Origin: Stegostoma tigrinum
Lineage: Eukaryota
Length of the DNA: 64,000 bases
Assembly (NCBI RefSeq): GCF_030684315.1
Contig: NC_081365.1
Location: forward strand, 32,019,394 to 32,083,393
Direction of reading: 5' to 3'
Shown: piece after piece, positions 1-13,287 of the stretch
Layout of the letters: each line of letters starts with the position of its first letter
How positions within the stretch are numbered: the first letter of the stretch is position 1
Notes under the pieces: model-generated
Told to the model about the DNA's origin: nothing
Database searches by the model: none
Seen by the model: the letters and a program-made list of their open reading frames with translations, nothing else
Made by a program: the position numbers and the translations under genes

Positions 1-205
1 TGAACTTCCAAAGGGAGTGGCAGATGCAGGTACAGTTACAACATTTAAAAGACACTTGGATAAGTGCATGAATAAGAAATGTTTGGAGAGATACGGGCCA
101 CGTGCAGGCAGGGACCACTAGATTAATTTAGGATTATGGTTGACATGGGTTAGTTGAACTGAAATGTTTATTTCCATTCTGTATGACCCCTGTTACTCTA
201 TGCTG
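1..205 (+). mobile_element. CR1 LINE 3' end
   Basis: End of ORF2 (VADAGTVTTFKRHLDK) and typical 3' UTR ending in a ctgtatgac...ctctatg tail. Confidence 0.8.
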
Positions 206-879
206 CAATACCTAGATATTCCTTTTGACAATTTGAACTTGTTTCTTCTTGTCAAACAGTTATTGTTTAATTTGAAGTTGTGTTTCAGGTTCATATTTTG
301 CTAACATTTACCAGCAGATATATCTATTTTAGGTCATCTCTCAGTCACCTTCTTAAAAGCAGTAAAGGTTTGGTTCCTTCTATCTTTCTTTGCACATGTG
401 TTATCAGATGGACTCATAATGTGGGTTTGCTATCAATTTTAAGTATATTTTTACATCTCAGCCAATTTGCTGACAACTCAAAATTGGGCTGCATTGTGGA
501 TGGTGTTGACTATTGCATAAAGTTACAACACAATGTCTTGGATTTTGCTTGCATAATTTCTTGAATTTCAATCATAAATGCTAACCCAATTGTTAACAGT
601 TAGTTCTAGGTATGCAGATGAACAAAAAGATAACACAGGAGAACTGCAATTTGATGCTTCCTTGACATTGATTTAAAAATAAGATAGCCATAAATGAAAA
701 GGAAGTAATGTATTCTTAAACATTCCTGTTGAGTACATCACTTTACTTGCCTGTTTAAAAGTTGTTCTACAAGGAATATCTTTCAACTCAGTAATATAAC
801 GTAGATAAAATGGAAAAACAAAAGCTCGCCGTGGTCCTCAGAGTAACAAACCGCAGAATTTTTTGCATTCAGTAGAAAT

Positions 880-1535
880 TCAAGAGGAAAGTTGATGGAT
901 GTCATCACTATGGGTTTCCAGAAGTCTTTTGATAAAGCCCCACAAACCTAAGGTGGAAGCCCAGGGAATTGAGCGTGGACCCAGACTCCCAGCCTCAGTG
1001 TGGACCTGGCCTCCTAGCACCTACTGACCTCAAGGAGAAGCCTGGCTTAGTCTGGGTTGGAAGGAACTCTTATTTCTCTATTTTTCTAATTTTCTTTTGC
1101 TGGACTTCTTATTTCAATATTTTTGTAATTTTTCTACCCCAAGTGTTAATACTTAAGAATCTGTACGTAAGATGGCACCATGTGTGGCAACTTGTAAACT
1201 TTTCACCCTAATTATATCGGTACATTTGACAATACAGGTAAATCTAATTCTAAAATACTGACATGGGCAGGAAATTGGTTGAGTGACAGGAAACAGGGAG
1301 TTGGAATAATAGGTACCTTGTCAAATTGGCAGGACAGAACTAGTCACATCCCAGAGGAATCTCTGTTAGGGCCTCAACTATTCACAATATTCATGGACTT
1401 GGATGCAAATTTGCTGACAATTCAAAATTGGCCTGCATTGTAGATGGTGTTGACCACAGCATAAAGTTACAACAAGATTTTGTTAGTTTAGGTGAGTGAG
1501 CAAAGTGTGGCAGATAGATTTTAATATAAACAAGA
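880..1535 (+). mobile_element. Degraded CR1 RT fragments with an intervening insertion
   Basis: Remnants resembling FQKSFDK-PH, SLLGPQLFTIF, KFADNSKLA and WQIDFNINK. Confidence 0.6.
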
Positions 1536-3879
1536 GTGAGAGAGCCAGGAGGAGGGCAGCTGCAAAAGCCAACAATCCATTGTCATGACTAATATCAATA
1601 ACTGATGTCTGCAAGCCCATAAGCCATTTGTGAACCCACAGCCAGGATTGACTTCTCATTTCCCCCCAACAATCCCCAAGGACGAATCATTCTTGACATG
1701 AATCATACAGATGTATCAGGAGCAGGGAGTGCCTGATTTTGTGGGAGAATTCCAAAAGGAAGTTCAGCTCATATGTGGCCCTGTGGAGCTCTAGTCCTTT
1801 CTCAGAATGTTTGCCACAAATCATCCCACTACTTTTGAGTCCACCATCCCACTCTGCTGATACAAGACAGCCTTATTAACTCATCCAGTTCTTTCACATT
1901 TCAATTATGGTTTTACCATCCAATCTACATCAGTGAAAATGACAAGGAACACACTACACTTTAAGAACTCATTTCATGATGTTCTGCTGGGAAAACTGAC
2001 AGAAACATAGAAAATAATAGCAGGCTTAGGTATTTTGGCTCATCAAAGCCACTGTGCCAATCAACATCATCATGGCTGATTCTCTGTCTCAAAGCCCCAC
2101 AGAAGGATTTAGATCTTTTAGCAACTGCCATCACTGACCCCTGCTGTACGCATAAAGGCCTTAGCTGTGCAAGATTAAAAATATGAGGTATTACAGGCCA
2201 GGAGGAATGTCAAAATTTATTATTTATCGTCGATGGGAGCAACCTGATCTGAGTGCGTGTAATGGGTGGAGTGCAATAGGTGAAACAGATGATGAGGTAC
2301 AGTCATGTTTCTTATAAAATATTATGTAAAGCTCTCCAATCATTAATATAAACAGGCCTCTCAGCTTTATAAAAATGTTCTGATGTTTGATTCTTTCTAC
2401 CAAAGACACTTGGTCTATTCTTGTCCCTACTTCTTAAATTCTTTCATTCTATACACAACCACAATTTCCCTTTTCACCAACAGTCCTACACATTCTTTCT
2501 GCTCTGCTACAAATCACCAAAAATGCAGTTTGGCCACAGTGTCACATTTTCTACCACAAAGTAAAGACTTCAAACTGAATTTATAAACAAAATAATGCCA
2601 TATTTCAATCAAATGTGAACCAGTACTTTGTGCACTCCCTGAGTGCCTGCCGTTTTTGTATTTTGTCTGTTCTTGCACTTCTGCACAGCACTGCGCAGCA
2701 ATGGTGCAGTGTGGTTGATCGAAGCCCCGCTGATTTTCATAGGGGAGAATACAAATACCCTTTCAGGTTGTCCCCAAACATCTCTGAGCCTGGAAGGTCC
2801 TGGTCCAGGGGCTGGGTATCATGGCATGAATGGCAGTAATCAGTACTGCTGGTTAACATGGACCAGTCAGGTCACTGGTCGAATGGAAGTGATAATGAAT
2901 GTTAGCATAGGTACTGTGGTTAATGCAATCTATGTGCATTTTAGCATATATGGGTCTGACATTATCTTAGTGGGTAATACATTTAAGACTGATATGAAGA
3001 GAAATTTCTACACCCAAAGAGTGAAGAGCCTGTCAAATTCGCTACCATGGAAAGCACTCAATGCCAAAATATTGTCTATTTTAAAGAGGGAGTTGGATAT
3101 AGCAACTCAATGTGGTTTTATATGAGCTGTTCAATACATCACAGGAAATGATGGGTTTGAGTTGGTTTCTCAACTGGTTGACATTTTTTCTGTTTTGTTA
3201 TAACTTCAGAATCTCAATGTCTGAAGGTATTTTGAAGCCAATACCTAATCTCAGTATCACATGCTGGTGGGGAATCTCCATACATGTCAAAGGGTTGGTA
3301 TGGTTCTCCTGGAGAATAGATACATATTCCTCATTACCTTGGCATGAATTAACCATACACTGAACTCACTTTTAATACATTCTTTTAGCAGTTAGAGCCA
3401 TGTTTTGAACCTACTTGTCTGCAACAAATTGTTCTCCCAAAATGTTGTTGTGCTTCAGGAATTAATTGAAATTATATAACATTTTAAAGTTATTAGCAAG
3501 ATAAATCACCTTTATTGAAGCCATGCATTTTCTAAGGGAAAGCTGAGACTGACTAAGCAGTCTGCTTTTTTTGAGGGAAGTGATAATGAGGGTTAGTATC
3601 GATCCTGTGGTTAATACAATCTATGTGCCTTTTCACATATTTGGGTCCAAAATTGTCTTTGTGGTGAGAAACAAACATTTGATGAGTGTTTGTACAATTG
3701 CAAGATTTTCTTCAGAAAGTTCTGCTGGGCTCAGTACTAGGCTTAAATATAGGGGGCACGGTGAAAAAATTGACAGACGATATGAAAATTGGTAGTGTAG
3801 TCGACATAAATGCTGCAGACTGCAGAAAGATACCAGAAGACTAGCCAGGTTGTGGAGGAGCCAGACTGGTATGGACAAG

Positions 3880-4025
3880 GTCAGAAATCACAGGACACCA
3901 GGTTATAGTCCAATAGGTTTATTTGAAATCACAAGCTTTTGGCCTGACGAAGGGGCCATCCTCCAAAAGCTTGTGATTTCAAGTAAACCTCTTGGACTAT
4001 AACCTGGTGTCATGTGATTTCTGAC
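3880..4025. mobile_element. Penelope-derived short palindrome with degenerate hammerhead core in the loop
   Basis: Arms 3880-3942 and 3963-4025 are near-perfect reverse complements; CTGACGA at 3944-3950 followed by ctccAAAAgctt. Confidence 0.75.
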
Positions 4026-4463
4026 TGATCCAGGCAGGCAGAAGGGTAACAAATAGCATTCAACCTGGACAAGTGTGAGCTAACGGGAATGGGAACAGGG
4101 CAAGGGAATAAGTAGGATGTTGAGCAGTGTACAGCAACAGAGGGATTTTGAACAAACCCTTGACAGCAACACAACAGGTAAAAATCTCAAATGTTTTCAC
4201 ACTTTTAGACTTTTAAACTCCATTGAGTACAAGTCCGAATTAGTCTACGTCTCCTCATAAGAAAACCCTTCCATAATCGGAATAATCATTACAAATTTTC
4301 TTTGGATTGCCTCCAATGCCAATATGACTTTCCTTAAATAAGGGGATCAAATCTGCTCACAGTATTCCAGCTATGAATAGAGCTTTGTATAGATTTATCA
4401 AATCCTCCTCATTTTGTACTTCATTCTGTTTGAAATCTAGGCTAACAGACCATTTGCCTTCTC

Positions 4464-4807
4464 TATTACCACTTTCATCTGCTTTCTAGCTCCCAGAAAA
4501 GTAAATTGGTACACAATAAGCCAAAAGACTGACCAGGAAAAAAAAGACAAAATTGCTGGTAAAGCTCAGCAGATCTGGCAGCATCTGTGAAGGAAAAAAA
4601 TCGGAGTTAATGTTTTGGGCCCAGTGAACTCTGAGTTCTGAGGATGGGCCAATGGACCTGAAACATTAACTGTGTTTTTTCCTTCTCAGATGCTGCCAGA
4701 TCTGCTGAGCTTTTCCAGCAACTTTGTTTTTGTTCCTGGTCAGTCCTTTGGCTGATTGTGTAGCAAATTACTTTAATGGGAGCTAGAAAGATGAAAATGC
4801 AGTAATA
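4464..4807. mobile_element. Penelope-derived palindrome (second family) with inverted flanks
   Basis: gctggtaaagctcagcagatctggcagcatctg pairs with cagatgctgccagatctgctgagcttttccagc. Hammerhead-like agttCTGAGGA...GAAAcattaact at 4634-4671. Confidence 0.75.
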
Positions 4808-7149
4808 TTTCTTGCAATCAAAGCATAGTCTGAGGATCTTTCTCAAGATGAGAGTTTTGAAATAGAAAGAGATAGACAGCAGATCTTCTAGCTGATAAGG
4901 CGTGCAGTCACTCATCTTGTGATGTTAAGGCAACTGACTTAGAATTCCACAAATATATATAGAAGCAATTCAACTCGATCTGATTTTTGTCATGTGACAG
5001 GGGCAGGCATTTCAGATGCTGATGGTCCATCTTGGTTGGCCATCTGGAAGGTTATCATGTTAATAGTGTGGCTTTGTCTCCCTCATTAGAGTTTCAATTG
5101 CAAGGTGACAAGGCAACTATAAAAGCACTAATGCTCATTATAGCATAATTGGCATGGATACTCTCCTTTGCCCAGAGCTGACTGCAAACAGATGACTTGT
5201 CTCCAGGGCCTTTCAGTCAGCCGTAGTTATTCTATACAATGCAAGGGATTCAGAATCTGTTGAAAATGTGATCATGCGATTATCTTTGCCATTTTCAGAG
5301 TCGAGTCTGTCCACGTTTCATTTAAAATTTAAATTTGAAATTAGAGAATAGTTTTCTTTGGGGTTTCTGTTTATGCCCTCAGGACATAATGACATACCTT
5401 TAGCCTTGGTAAAACAAAAAGCATTCTATCTCATTTCTTAAAACACAAGTGAGAAGAGAAGTGACAAATTGAAGAAAGTATACAATCATTCTCTCAGCCG
5501 TACTAAAGAAACGGGAAATATAGGAAAGGCACACACTGGTGTTCTTTCAGTGCTACTAACAATACAAAATGGACTGCATCTGTTCAAGAAGGCAGCTCAC
5601 CACCAACCACTTGAGGGTAATTAGGGATAAACAATTAATGCATCTTAGCAAGTGATACCCACATCCTGTGAATTTAAATAAAAACTAAGAATCAGTATTT
5701 TGTATTATTGCTTCTTTTTAAAGGATTGTTGATATCCACACACCATTCCCACTTCCATCCCCATCCCCGGGGACTAAATGATAAATCCACATGGTTCTCC
5801 AATGTCCACATCAGGACTATCAGTGAGGTACACACTGGAGAATCCCTTCTTTAAATTTCACAAGCACAGCATCAAATCCTTCTCCCACTCTTTACGGAAG
5901 AGTATTAACTGGGCCTTTGTGCTTTAGGCTCTGCTGCTTACAAGCTTAGTAACTGATGCTTCAACTAGGTGGACCTCTCCCTTCACAACAGACTCCTTGA
6001 GGCTATGTTCAGATGTATCCAGCATCCAGTGGACACTCAACAGCTGACTGTGCTTTGTATTGGATTGTGTTTCATTTCTACTGGAGCCTCTCCTTTGGCA
6101 GCCACCAGTACAATGGAACTTCAAGGGTACAAAATGACTGATTCTGTTACCTTAGGAGGGGCTTGGTCTGCTACCTGATCCATATCCTTTGGGATACCAC
6201 TGTCCTCAGGTGGACGTCCAATTTTAGTTGTGCTACCCCCATGTCTCCTCTACTAGCCAAGGCATCTCCCCTTATTGTCTATGTCCCCATCTGAGACACT
6301 CCCTGCTCTCCCTCTAATTACAGAAAGATGTTGTCTGTTATTCAGCTGATTATGCTAGCATGGAAGGCCAGCCTCCTTTACTGCCTAATATTTCTGCCTG
6401 GTTTGGAATCTTTCTGTGTTCCTATCCTTTGGATCAGCCTGACTCACAGGGAGCTGGCCAGCTTCCACTGCTCTGCCCAATAAATCTTTTGAATTTGGCT
6501 AAAGAGTTTTTCTCACCAGCTGCAGATATCTTTGAACACCCTTCTGGTCTCCCTTATTTTTTACAATATTTCCTTTGGCAAGCTCTGTCTTACCTTTCCT
6601 GATTTCCTGTAACTGTGTAATCTCCCTTGGAATGCCTTTCTGGTCTGAGCTGTTACCAGGAGGTCCAGATGATCACTTACAATTACCCGATGGCCTGACT
6701 CAAAGGACTAATTGGAAGGCAGTTAAGTTGAACCTGGAGCTTTAGCTGCTCCATTAGAGTTTGTATTGTGGGTGAAAAGATTACCGTAAAAGAATTGAGC
6801 TCAATCTTGTGTAGTGGGTCCTCAATTTAAAATTGTTAGCCTTGCTTAAAATCCCTCCATGGAATCACTCCTATTTCACTATAGAGCCTCCTCCGACTGT
6901 ACAAGGCCTTCAGGATTATTATGCTCCACCACTGTCACACGCTTGCACATCTCTACTTTTAGTCATGCCTTCAGCTGCCTAAACTGTGGAATTCCTCACC
7001 TAAACCTCACCACATCGCTATCCTCATTTAAGCCATTCCTTAAGACCTATTTTCTCAACCAATCATTTGCTCATCAGCTCTGATATCTCCTGCTAAGCAT
7101 GACATTCACTTTGCTTTGTAATGGTCCTGTGACATGCTTTGGGATGTTT

Positions 7150-8060
7150 TTGTTGTCGTCAATAATCTCTCACTAATGGTTACGATTGACCATCGCAAAA
7201 GTCTGTGTCACTGGCAATGGATTTCTGTGTGTCTTTTCATGCCTGATGAGCCTGATCCTAGAACCACATCTCAGACCACTCATCTGGCAGGTATTTCCAT
7301 GAGGTGGAAGTGGTTCTTGGCATCAAGATCTCTGGCATTCCTTTCCATCCTGCTGATAGGTCTTCTTGAAATATTGTGTCTCTTCATACGGGATGTTTCT
7401 TCTGAGTGAGAGACCCCCAGAAATTGATGTCTATGCTGCATTTGTGGAAGGAAGCCTTCAGGGAATCTTTAAAGAGCTTCCCTTGTCCTCCTCTCATTTC
7501 TTGGTGAAGAGCATTTATTTTGGCAGTCAGAGTTCAGGCGTCCTTCAGGACAGTGATGTTAGCACACCTGCCCTCCCAGCTAATGTGGAGAATCTATCTC
7601 AAACAGCATTGATGATACTTCTCCATGGTTTTAAGGTGGCATCTAGACCACATGACAAGTTTCAGAGCCACAGAGAAGAGGCTTAGACATTAGGATCCTG
7701 GTATCAGAACGGGTGTCACAGCTCAAGACTCTCATCCTTGGGAGTTTGAAGGCAGCTCTCATGCGTTGTTTGTGGTGTTGGATCTCTACATCAATGTCAG
7801 TCCTGGATGAGAGATAACTGCCCCTGTAGGGAGAATGTATCACTTTTGGGAGAATTTCTTCATTGGCCTCAATGGAGGGATGCTGAGTGGTGTGTCGGTA
7901 AAGGAATTGAGCCTACTTCTGGGTGAGGCTGTGACCGATTCTTTGCATTGCTTCTGTGAAGGCTTTAAGCAAGTCTTGAAGATTCCCCTCTGAGAAAGCA
8001 GAGGTGTCATCTGTGAGTGATGTTACTGTTGTTCTCTTTGATCGAAAAGTTTTCTGTCAA
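7150..8060 (-). mobile_element. RTE-clade LINE, 3' part of RT, degraded
   Basis: Minus-strand peptide PYRGSYLSSRTDIDVEIQHHKQRMRAAF...RSDTRILM resembles the RTE RT C-terminal region (YLGS.LS...IDxEI..R...A..AF). Confidence 0.75.
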
Positions 8061-8619
8061 CCTGGGAAGCATTTTCTTGACAAAATGAAAGAAGTTTTAT
8101 GACCTCATGATGCTACATGAATGCAGCTGATTCTATTATTGATATCATTGTTCCACACAATCTTTCTTATGAAGGACTTTTGACTATTCAGTGGCAGGTA
8201 GTTTTCTGATGTTGCCGTGGCTACCCTCAGCAAACATCCCTTCTCCTCTGAATACATCAGTATTACCTCAGTCACCAGCCCCACTTTGGGTCCTTTTAAG
8301 AGTCAGGTAAAATGTAGACTACTTTAAAGGTCGGAGGCTGGTCTGACTTTCTTCCGCTTTTCTTTATGTAATGCTGGTTAACCTTTAGTAACTGTCGTTA
8401 GAAAAAAACATGTTTTTAAAACAGCAAATTTGTCCATGCATTAAAAATCAAGGTCATCAGTTATCCACAATTTCTTTCCTTTAGTTGAATGAGTACCAGT
8501 TCAGGTACAGCATGAATATAACATTACAAAGCCTTCTCCGGGTTTCTAAAAATGATTCCCCGAGGTGTGAGTGCTGCTATTTCCTAGTGTCAACAATGCA
8601 ATTAGTTTAATTTTAGACT

Positions 8620-9095
8620 GGGTGGCACAGTGGTTCAGAGTCTAGCACTGCTGTCTCACAGTCCCAGGGACCTGGGTTTGATTCCACNNNNNNNNNNNNN
8701 NNNNNNNNNNNNNNNNNNNNNNNNNNNNNNNNNNNNNNNNNNNNNNNNNNNNNNNNNNNNNNNNNNNNNNNNNNNNNNNNNNNNNNNNNNNNNNNNNNNN
8801 NNNNNNNNNNNNNNNNNNNNNNNNNNNNNNNNNNNNNNNNNNNNNNNNNNNNNNNNNNNNNNNNNNNNNNNNNNNNNNNNNNNNNNNNNNNNNNNNNNNN
8901 NNNNNNNNNNNNNNNNNNNNNNNNNNNNNNNNNNNNNNNNNNNNNNNNNNNNNNCTTCAACGCTCTAAAGATATGCAGATTAGGTGGATTGGCCATGCAA
9001 AATGCAGGGCTACAGGGCTGGATCTGGCTGGGCTGCTCTTTGAAGGGTTAGTGTGGGCTGAATGGTCTGCTTCCACACCGTAGGGATCCTATGAT
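8620..9095 (+). mobile_element. HE1/V-SINE-type tRNA-derived SINE spanning the assembly gap
   Basis: Head gggtggcacagtgg...gggtttgattcc before the gap; V-domain aaagatatgcagattaggtggattggccatgc and CR1-like tail after it. Confidence 0.8.
8688..8954. other. Assembly gap (267 N)
   Basis: Run of N. Confidence 1.
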
Positions 9096-9491
9096 ATTAG
9101 TTCAATGAAATTTGAAAGTGCACAACTATTGTCTGCAGCTGCGTAGGCCTTAAGCTTTGGAATTGTGTTTCTAAATTCCCCCCACCTTCTCTAACATACT
9201 TTTAAAAGCAACCTATTTGACTAAGCTTTTGGTCACCAATTAACTGTGTCAAATTTTGCTTGATATTTCTCTTGTGAAGCAGTTTGTGGTACTTTATTCC
9301 ACAAGAGATATTATATAAATGCTAGTTGGTGCCATGACAAATATAGATGTTTTGTTATCTTGGTCTGTCTAATCAGGGAGGGACTTCCAGTTATCCATCT
9401 CTCTTCATTTCCAAATGACAGATTTTACAGATAAAGTTTATTGGGTACAATATTAATAGAAGTGGGTAATTCTGCAAATAAAGGGAAGTGT

Positions 9492-9817
9492 TGACATAGT
9501 GGTGCTGTCACTGGTCTAGTAATCCAGTTCTGAGTTCGAATCCAACAATGGCAGATGATAAAATTTGAATTCAAGAAAAATCCGGAATAAAAAATTATTC
9601 TAATGGTGGTTGCATAAACACTGTTGTTTGGATTGTAAAATTCCATTAAGTTCACTAAAGTCCTTTAAGGAACGATATCTGCCATCCCTGCTTGATCTGG
9701 CCTACTTGTAACTCCAGATCCACGGCAATGTGATTGATCTTGAACTGTCCTCTGGGTGATTGAGAACGGGCACCAAATACTGCCTAAAATCAATTCACAA
9801 ATCCCATGAAGAAAAAA
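9492..9817 (+). mobile_element. DeuSINE/SacSINE1-like tRNA SINE
   Basis: B box gagttcgaatcc; central atctgccatccctgcttgatctggcctacttgtaactccagatccacggcaatgtg; tail caaatcccatgaagaaaaaa. Confidence 0.7.
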
Positions 9818-10224
9818 TGCACTGCGAAAGCAAATTAGAAAATGACAGACTTATTGAGAAATTATTTTCTGTCCATCTTCCCAATGGAGAAATACAGTGA
9901 TTGTAATGAGGTCAGCAGCTGGACTTCATAGAATATGAGTTCTTTGGCCTGTCAGGGAGCCCTGGCTGACATATAAGAAGAGACCGTGTCAGAGATTCTG
10001 GTATCTGTCTCTGAAAGAGGCAGTACTGAAGTTATGCTTCTTGGCCTGCTGTGGTCATCCAGCTTCACACTTTGTTATCTAGTACTGAAGTTAATGACTG
10101 CTTATGTTAAATAAAGGGTGACTTGATGACAGGATACTGGACTGTGAGGAGTTATTTCAAGAAAAATGACAAAATATTTAAGTTTATACATACAACCTAA
10201 TTATAAACCAAAGATTGGAGATCA

Positions 10225-10692
10225 CCAAGATTTCCCAGGGCATTGCTGGGAATGGAGGGTTTGAGTTATAAGAAGCGGCTGGAAAGGTTGGGACTTTTTT
10301 TGCACTGGAATGTATACCACTGTGCGGTGACTTTAAAGAGGTATATAAAATCAAAAGGGATATAGATAAGGTGAATGGAAAGTGTCTTTTCCCTTGGGTG
10401 GGGGATTTCAAGGCTAGAGGACATATTTCTAAGATGAGAGGAGAAAGATTTTAAAAAGACACTGAGGCAATTTTTTTTGTGGGATGAACTTCCAGAGGAT
10501 ATGGTGAAGTGGGTACAGTTACAACGTTTAAAAGACAATTGGACAAGGAAATGAACAAAAAATGTTTGGAGGGATATGGGTCAACTGAATGCAGGTCGGA
10601 CTAGCTTAGTTTGGGATCATGGTCAGCATGGACAGGTTGGAACGAATGGCCTGTTCCCGTGCTATATGATTCAACGACTACGGCACTATGAC
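10225..10692 (+). mobile_element. CR1 LINE 3' fragment
   Basis: LLGMEGLSYKKRLERLGLF-like sequence through the 3' UTR. Confidence 0.8.
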
Positions 10693-11111
10693 TGACAAAT
10701 CCCCAGGATCTGATTGCTTCTGCCCCAAGATTTTAAAGGTGAGGAAATTATAAATTATTTTGTCATAATCTCACAAAGCTGTTCAATTTTCTTGAGTATT
10801 GACCTCCTTAATTTCAAATTCATGCATTAAATTTGATGGTCTTAGAGAAATATCGGCTGATTCTGAAGATTCTGTGTGGGTTGGCCAACAGGATACAACT
10901 AGACACTGAAGAAAGCCAAGCTAGTCTGTGACCTTTTAGCTGATCAATGTTAGATCTGATTCACTAGTTGTGGTGGTGAGTGGGATAACATTGGAGACAG
11001 AGAGGCGGGAGGATGCTGAGTCTAGTCAAAACCATTACTATTGAGTAGCCAAATCATCATAATGAGAAATATTTAGATTAGAGATCTTCAACCTCTTTTC
11101 CTCTCTATTGT

Positions 11112-11425
11112 GGCACGGTGGCTCAGTGGTTAGCACTGCAGCCTCACAGCGCCAGGGACCCGGGTTCGATTCCAGCTTCGGGTAACTGTCTGAGTGGAGT
11201 TTGCACATTCTCCCCTTGTCTGCGTGGGTTTCCTCCAGGTGTTCCAGTTGCCTCCCACAGTTCAAAAGATGTGCAGACTAGGTGGATCGGCCATGCTAAA
11301 TTGCCCGTAGTGTTCAGGGGTATGTGGGTTATAGGGGGGTGGGCATGGGTGGGATGCTCCAAGGGGCTGTGTGGACTTGTTGGGCCAAAGGGCCTGTTCC
11401 CACACTGTAAGGAATCTATTCTAAT
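11112..11425 (+). mobile_element. HE1/V-SINE, near full length
   Basis: A box tggctcagtgg, B box gggttcgattcc, V-domain ctcccacagttcaaaagatgtgcagactaggtggatcggccatgctaaattg, CR1-type tail gggcctgttcccacactgta. Confidence 0.9.
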
Positions 11426-11667
11426 CTATTTGCTCATGGGTCATAACTACTGTCTAAGTCAATGTTTTTTATTAATTTCTAAACATCTTAAAAGCTGCAG
11501 TGCACATGATCAATGTTGCTAATTCCAAAGCTATCCATTTTAAAAGCAATAAAGGGATAAAACCAAATATTGCTTTTTAAATAATGAAAACTTAGAATCG
11601 CTGGAGATCCAACTAGGATGTGGGGCAGAACTGTATTGGGCCCTGAATGATGTGAGCTATGGTGAGC

Positions 11668-12815
11668 AAATAACAAAGAACAAAGAACAAAGACCATTAC
11701 AGCACAGGAACAGGCCCTTCAACCCACTAATCCTGCGCCGACACATTTTGCCCTTCCACACTAAAACTGCCTTCACTTACAGGATCCAGATCTCTCCAAC
11801 ACCTTCCTATTTATGTATTCGTCCAGGTGTTTCTTGAATGCTGCTACTCTAACTGCTTCCACCACCTCCGCGGGCAGCACGTTCTAGGCGCTCACTATCC
11901 TTTGTGTGAAAAACGTGCCTCACACATCTCTTTTAAACTTCACCCCCCTGCACCTTGAACCTGTGTCCCCTAGTAATTGACTCCTCCAAGTTGGGAAAGA
12001 GCCTCATATTTTCCACTCAATTCAGGCCATTCACGTTCTAATAAGCTCCTACTAAGTCGCCCCTCAAACTTCTATGTTCCAGTAAAAACAAATTCAGTCT
12101 AGCCAACCTTTCTTCGTAGCTAGAATCTGCCATACAAGGCTTTTCTGTACCCATGCCTAAGCATCCACATCCTCCTGGCGGTGTGTTGAACAGAACTGTA
12201 CACAATATTTCAAGTGTGGCCTAACTGAAGTTCTATAAAGTAGCAGCATTACTTGTCTCTCCTTATACTCAATGCCCCTCCCAATGAAGACAAACATGCC
12301 ATAAGCCTTTTTTACTACCTTGTCCACTTGCGCTGCCACCTTCCATCATCTGTGGGCCTGAATACCCAGATTCCTCTGGATATCAATACTCCTAACGTTC
12401 TGCCATTCATTGTATAATTTCCACCCGTACCTGACCTTCCAAATTGCATTACCTCACATTTGTCCTGATTAAACTCTATCTGCCATTTTTCTGCCCATGC
12501 CTCCAACTGATCTATACCCTACTGTACCCTCTGACAATCCTCCTCACTATTGGCAACTCCACCAAGCTTTGCATTGGCCGCAAACTTATTAATTAGGCCA
12601 ACTACTTTTTCCTTCAAATCATTTATGTAGATCATGAACAGGAGAGGCTCCAGCACTAATCCCTGTGGAACACCACTAGTCACAGTCCACCATTCTATAA
12701 AAACATCCTTCCACCTCTATCCTTCGTTTCCTATGTCAAAGCCAGTTCTGTATCCATCTTGCCAGCTGACCCCTGATACCATGTGACCTCACCTTTTGTA
12801 CTAGTCTGCCAAGTG
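11668..12815 (-). mobile_element. CR1 LINE, 5'-truncated
   Basis: Minus ORFs WAEKWQIEFNQDKCEVMQFG and QVDKVVKKAYGMF...RPHLKYCVQF; (ttctttg)n tail on the minus strand. Confidence 0.92.
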
Positions 12816-13287
12816 GGAGCAATCCGTGGGAATTGTGGGAAAAGTACCACTGAGGCCTTTCTTGAAGTTGGAAGCAATAGCTAGATGAGATCTCACCATG
12901 CAACAGTGAGATGTATATTAATGGGGATTATAACTATTTATCAACCTTATTAATTAAAATTTCACCCTCATTAATATGCAGCTTGCTTTCCTATCATCTG
13001 CTGCAAAGAAATTAGATAGTGTCAATTCTTGACATGAACGTCAGACCAGGAACCGACCGATTTCATCTTACTTCATGCTCCTCCAAGTCATAGTCTTGGG
13101 CACTAGGCAGCAATATCTCAAGTACAGAACACCAGTAGAACTCAATCTGTGCCATTCCTGGGCACTGCCGTGAACCAGAGATGCTTGTCTATTCTGGGCA
13201 TCGACGAGTTCCTCTGGCAAAGGCAACTGATGAAACTGAGCTAGCATTGGAAGTGAGTGGCACAATACAGCTGGAGTAGATAGTTAA

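Noticed and set aside
2643-3125. 160-aa ORF with a signal-peptide-like start
   Set aside because: It starts at GTG, and its 3' half is CR1-derived (RNFYTQRV...LPWKAL).
2885-3665. Similar 90-bp segments at about 2885 and 3575 (also about 465 and 1410)
   Set aside because: Both pairs look like degraded CR1 RT pieces; there is no evidence of a functional repeat array.
11112-11190. tRNA genes at the A/B-box sites (also 17205-17290 and 36748)
   Set aside because: These are SINE or LINE heads continuing into repeat bodies, with no complete cloverleaf.
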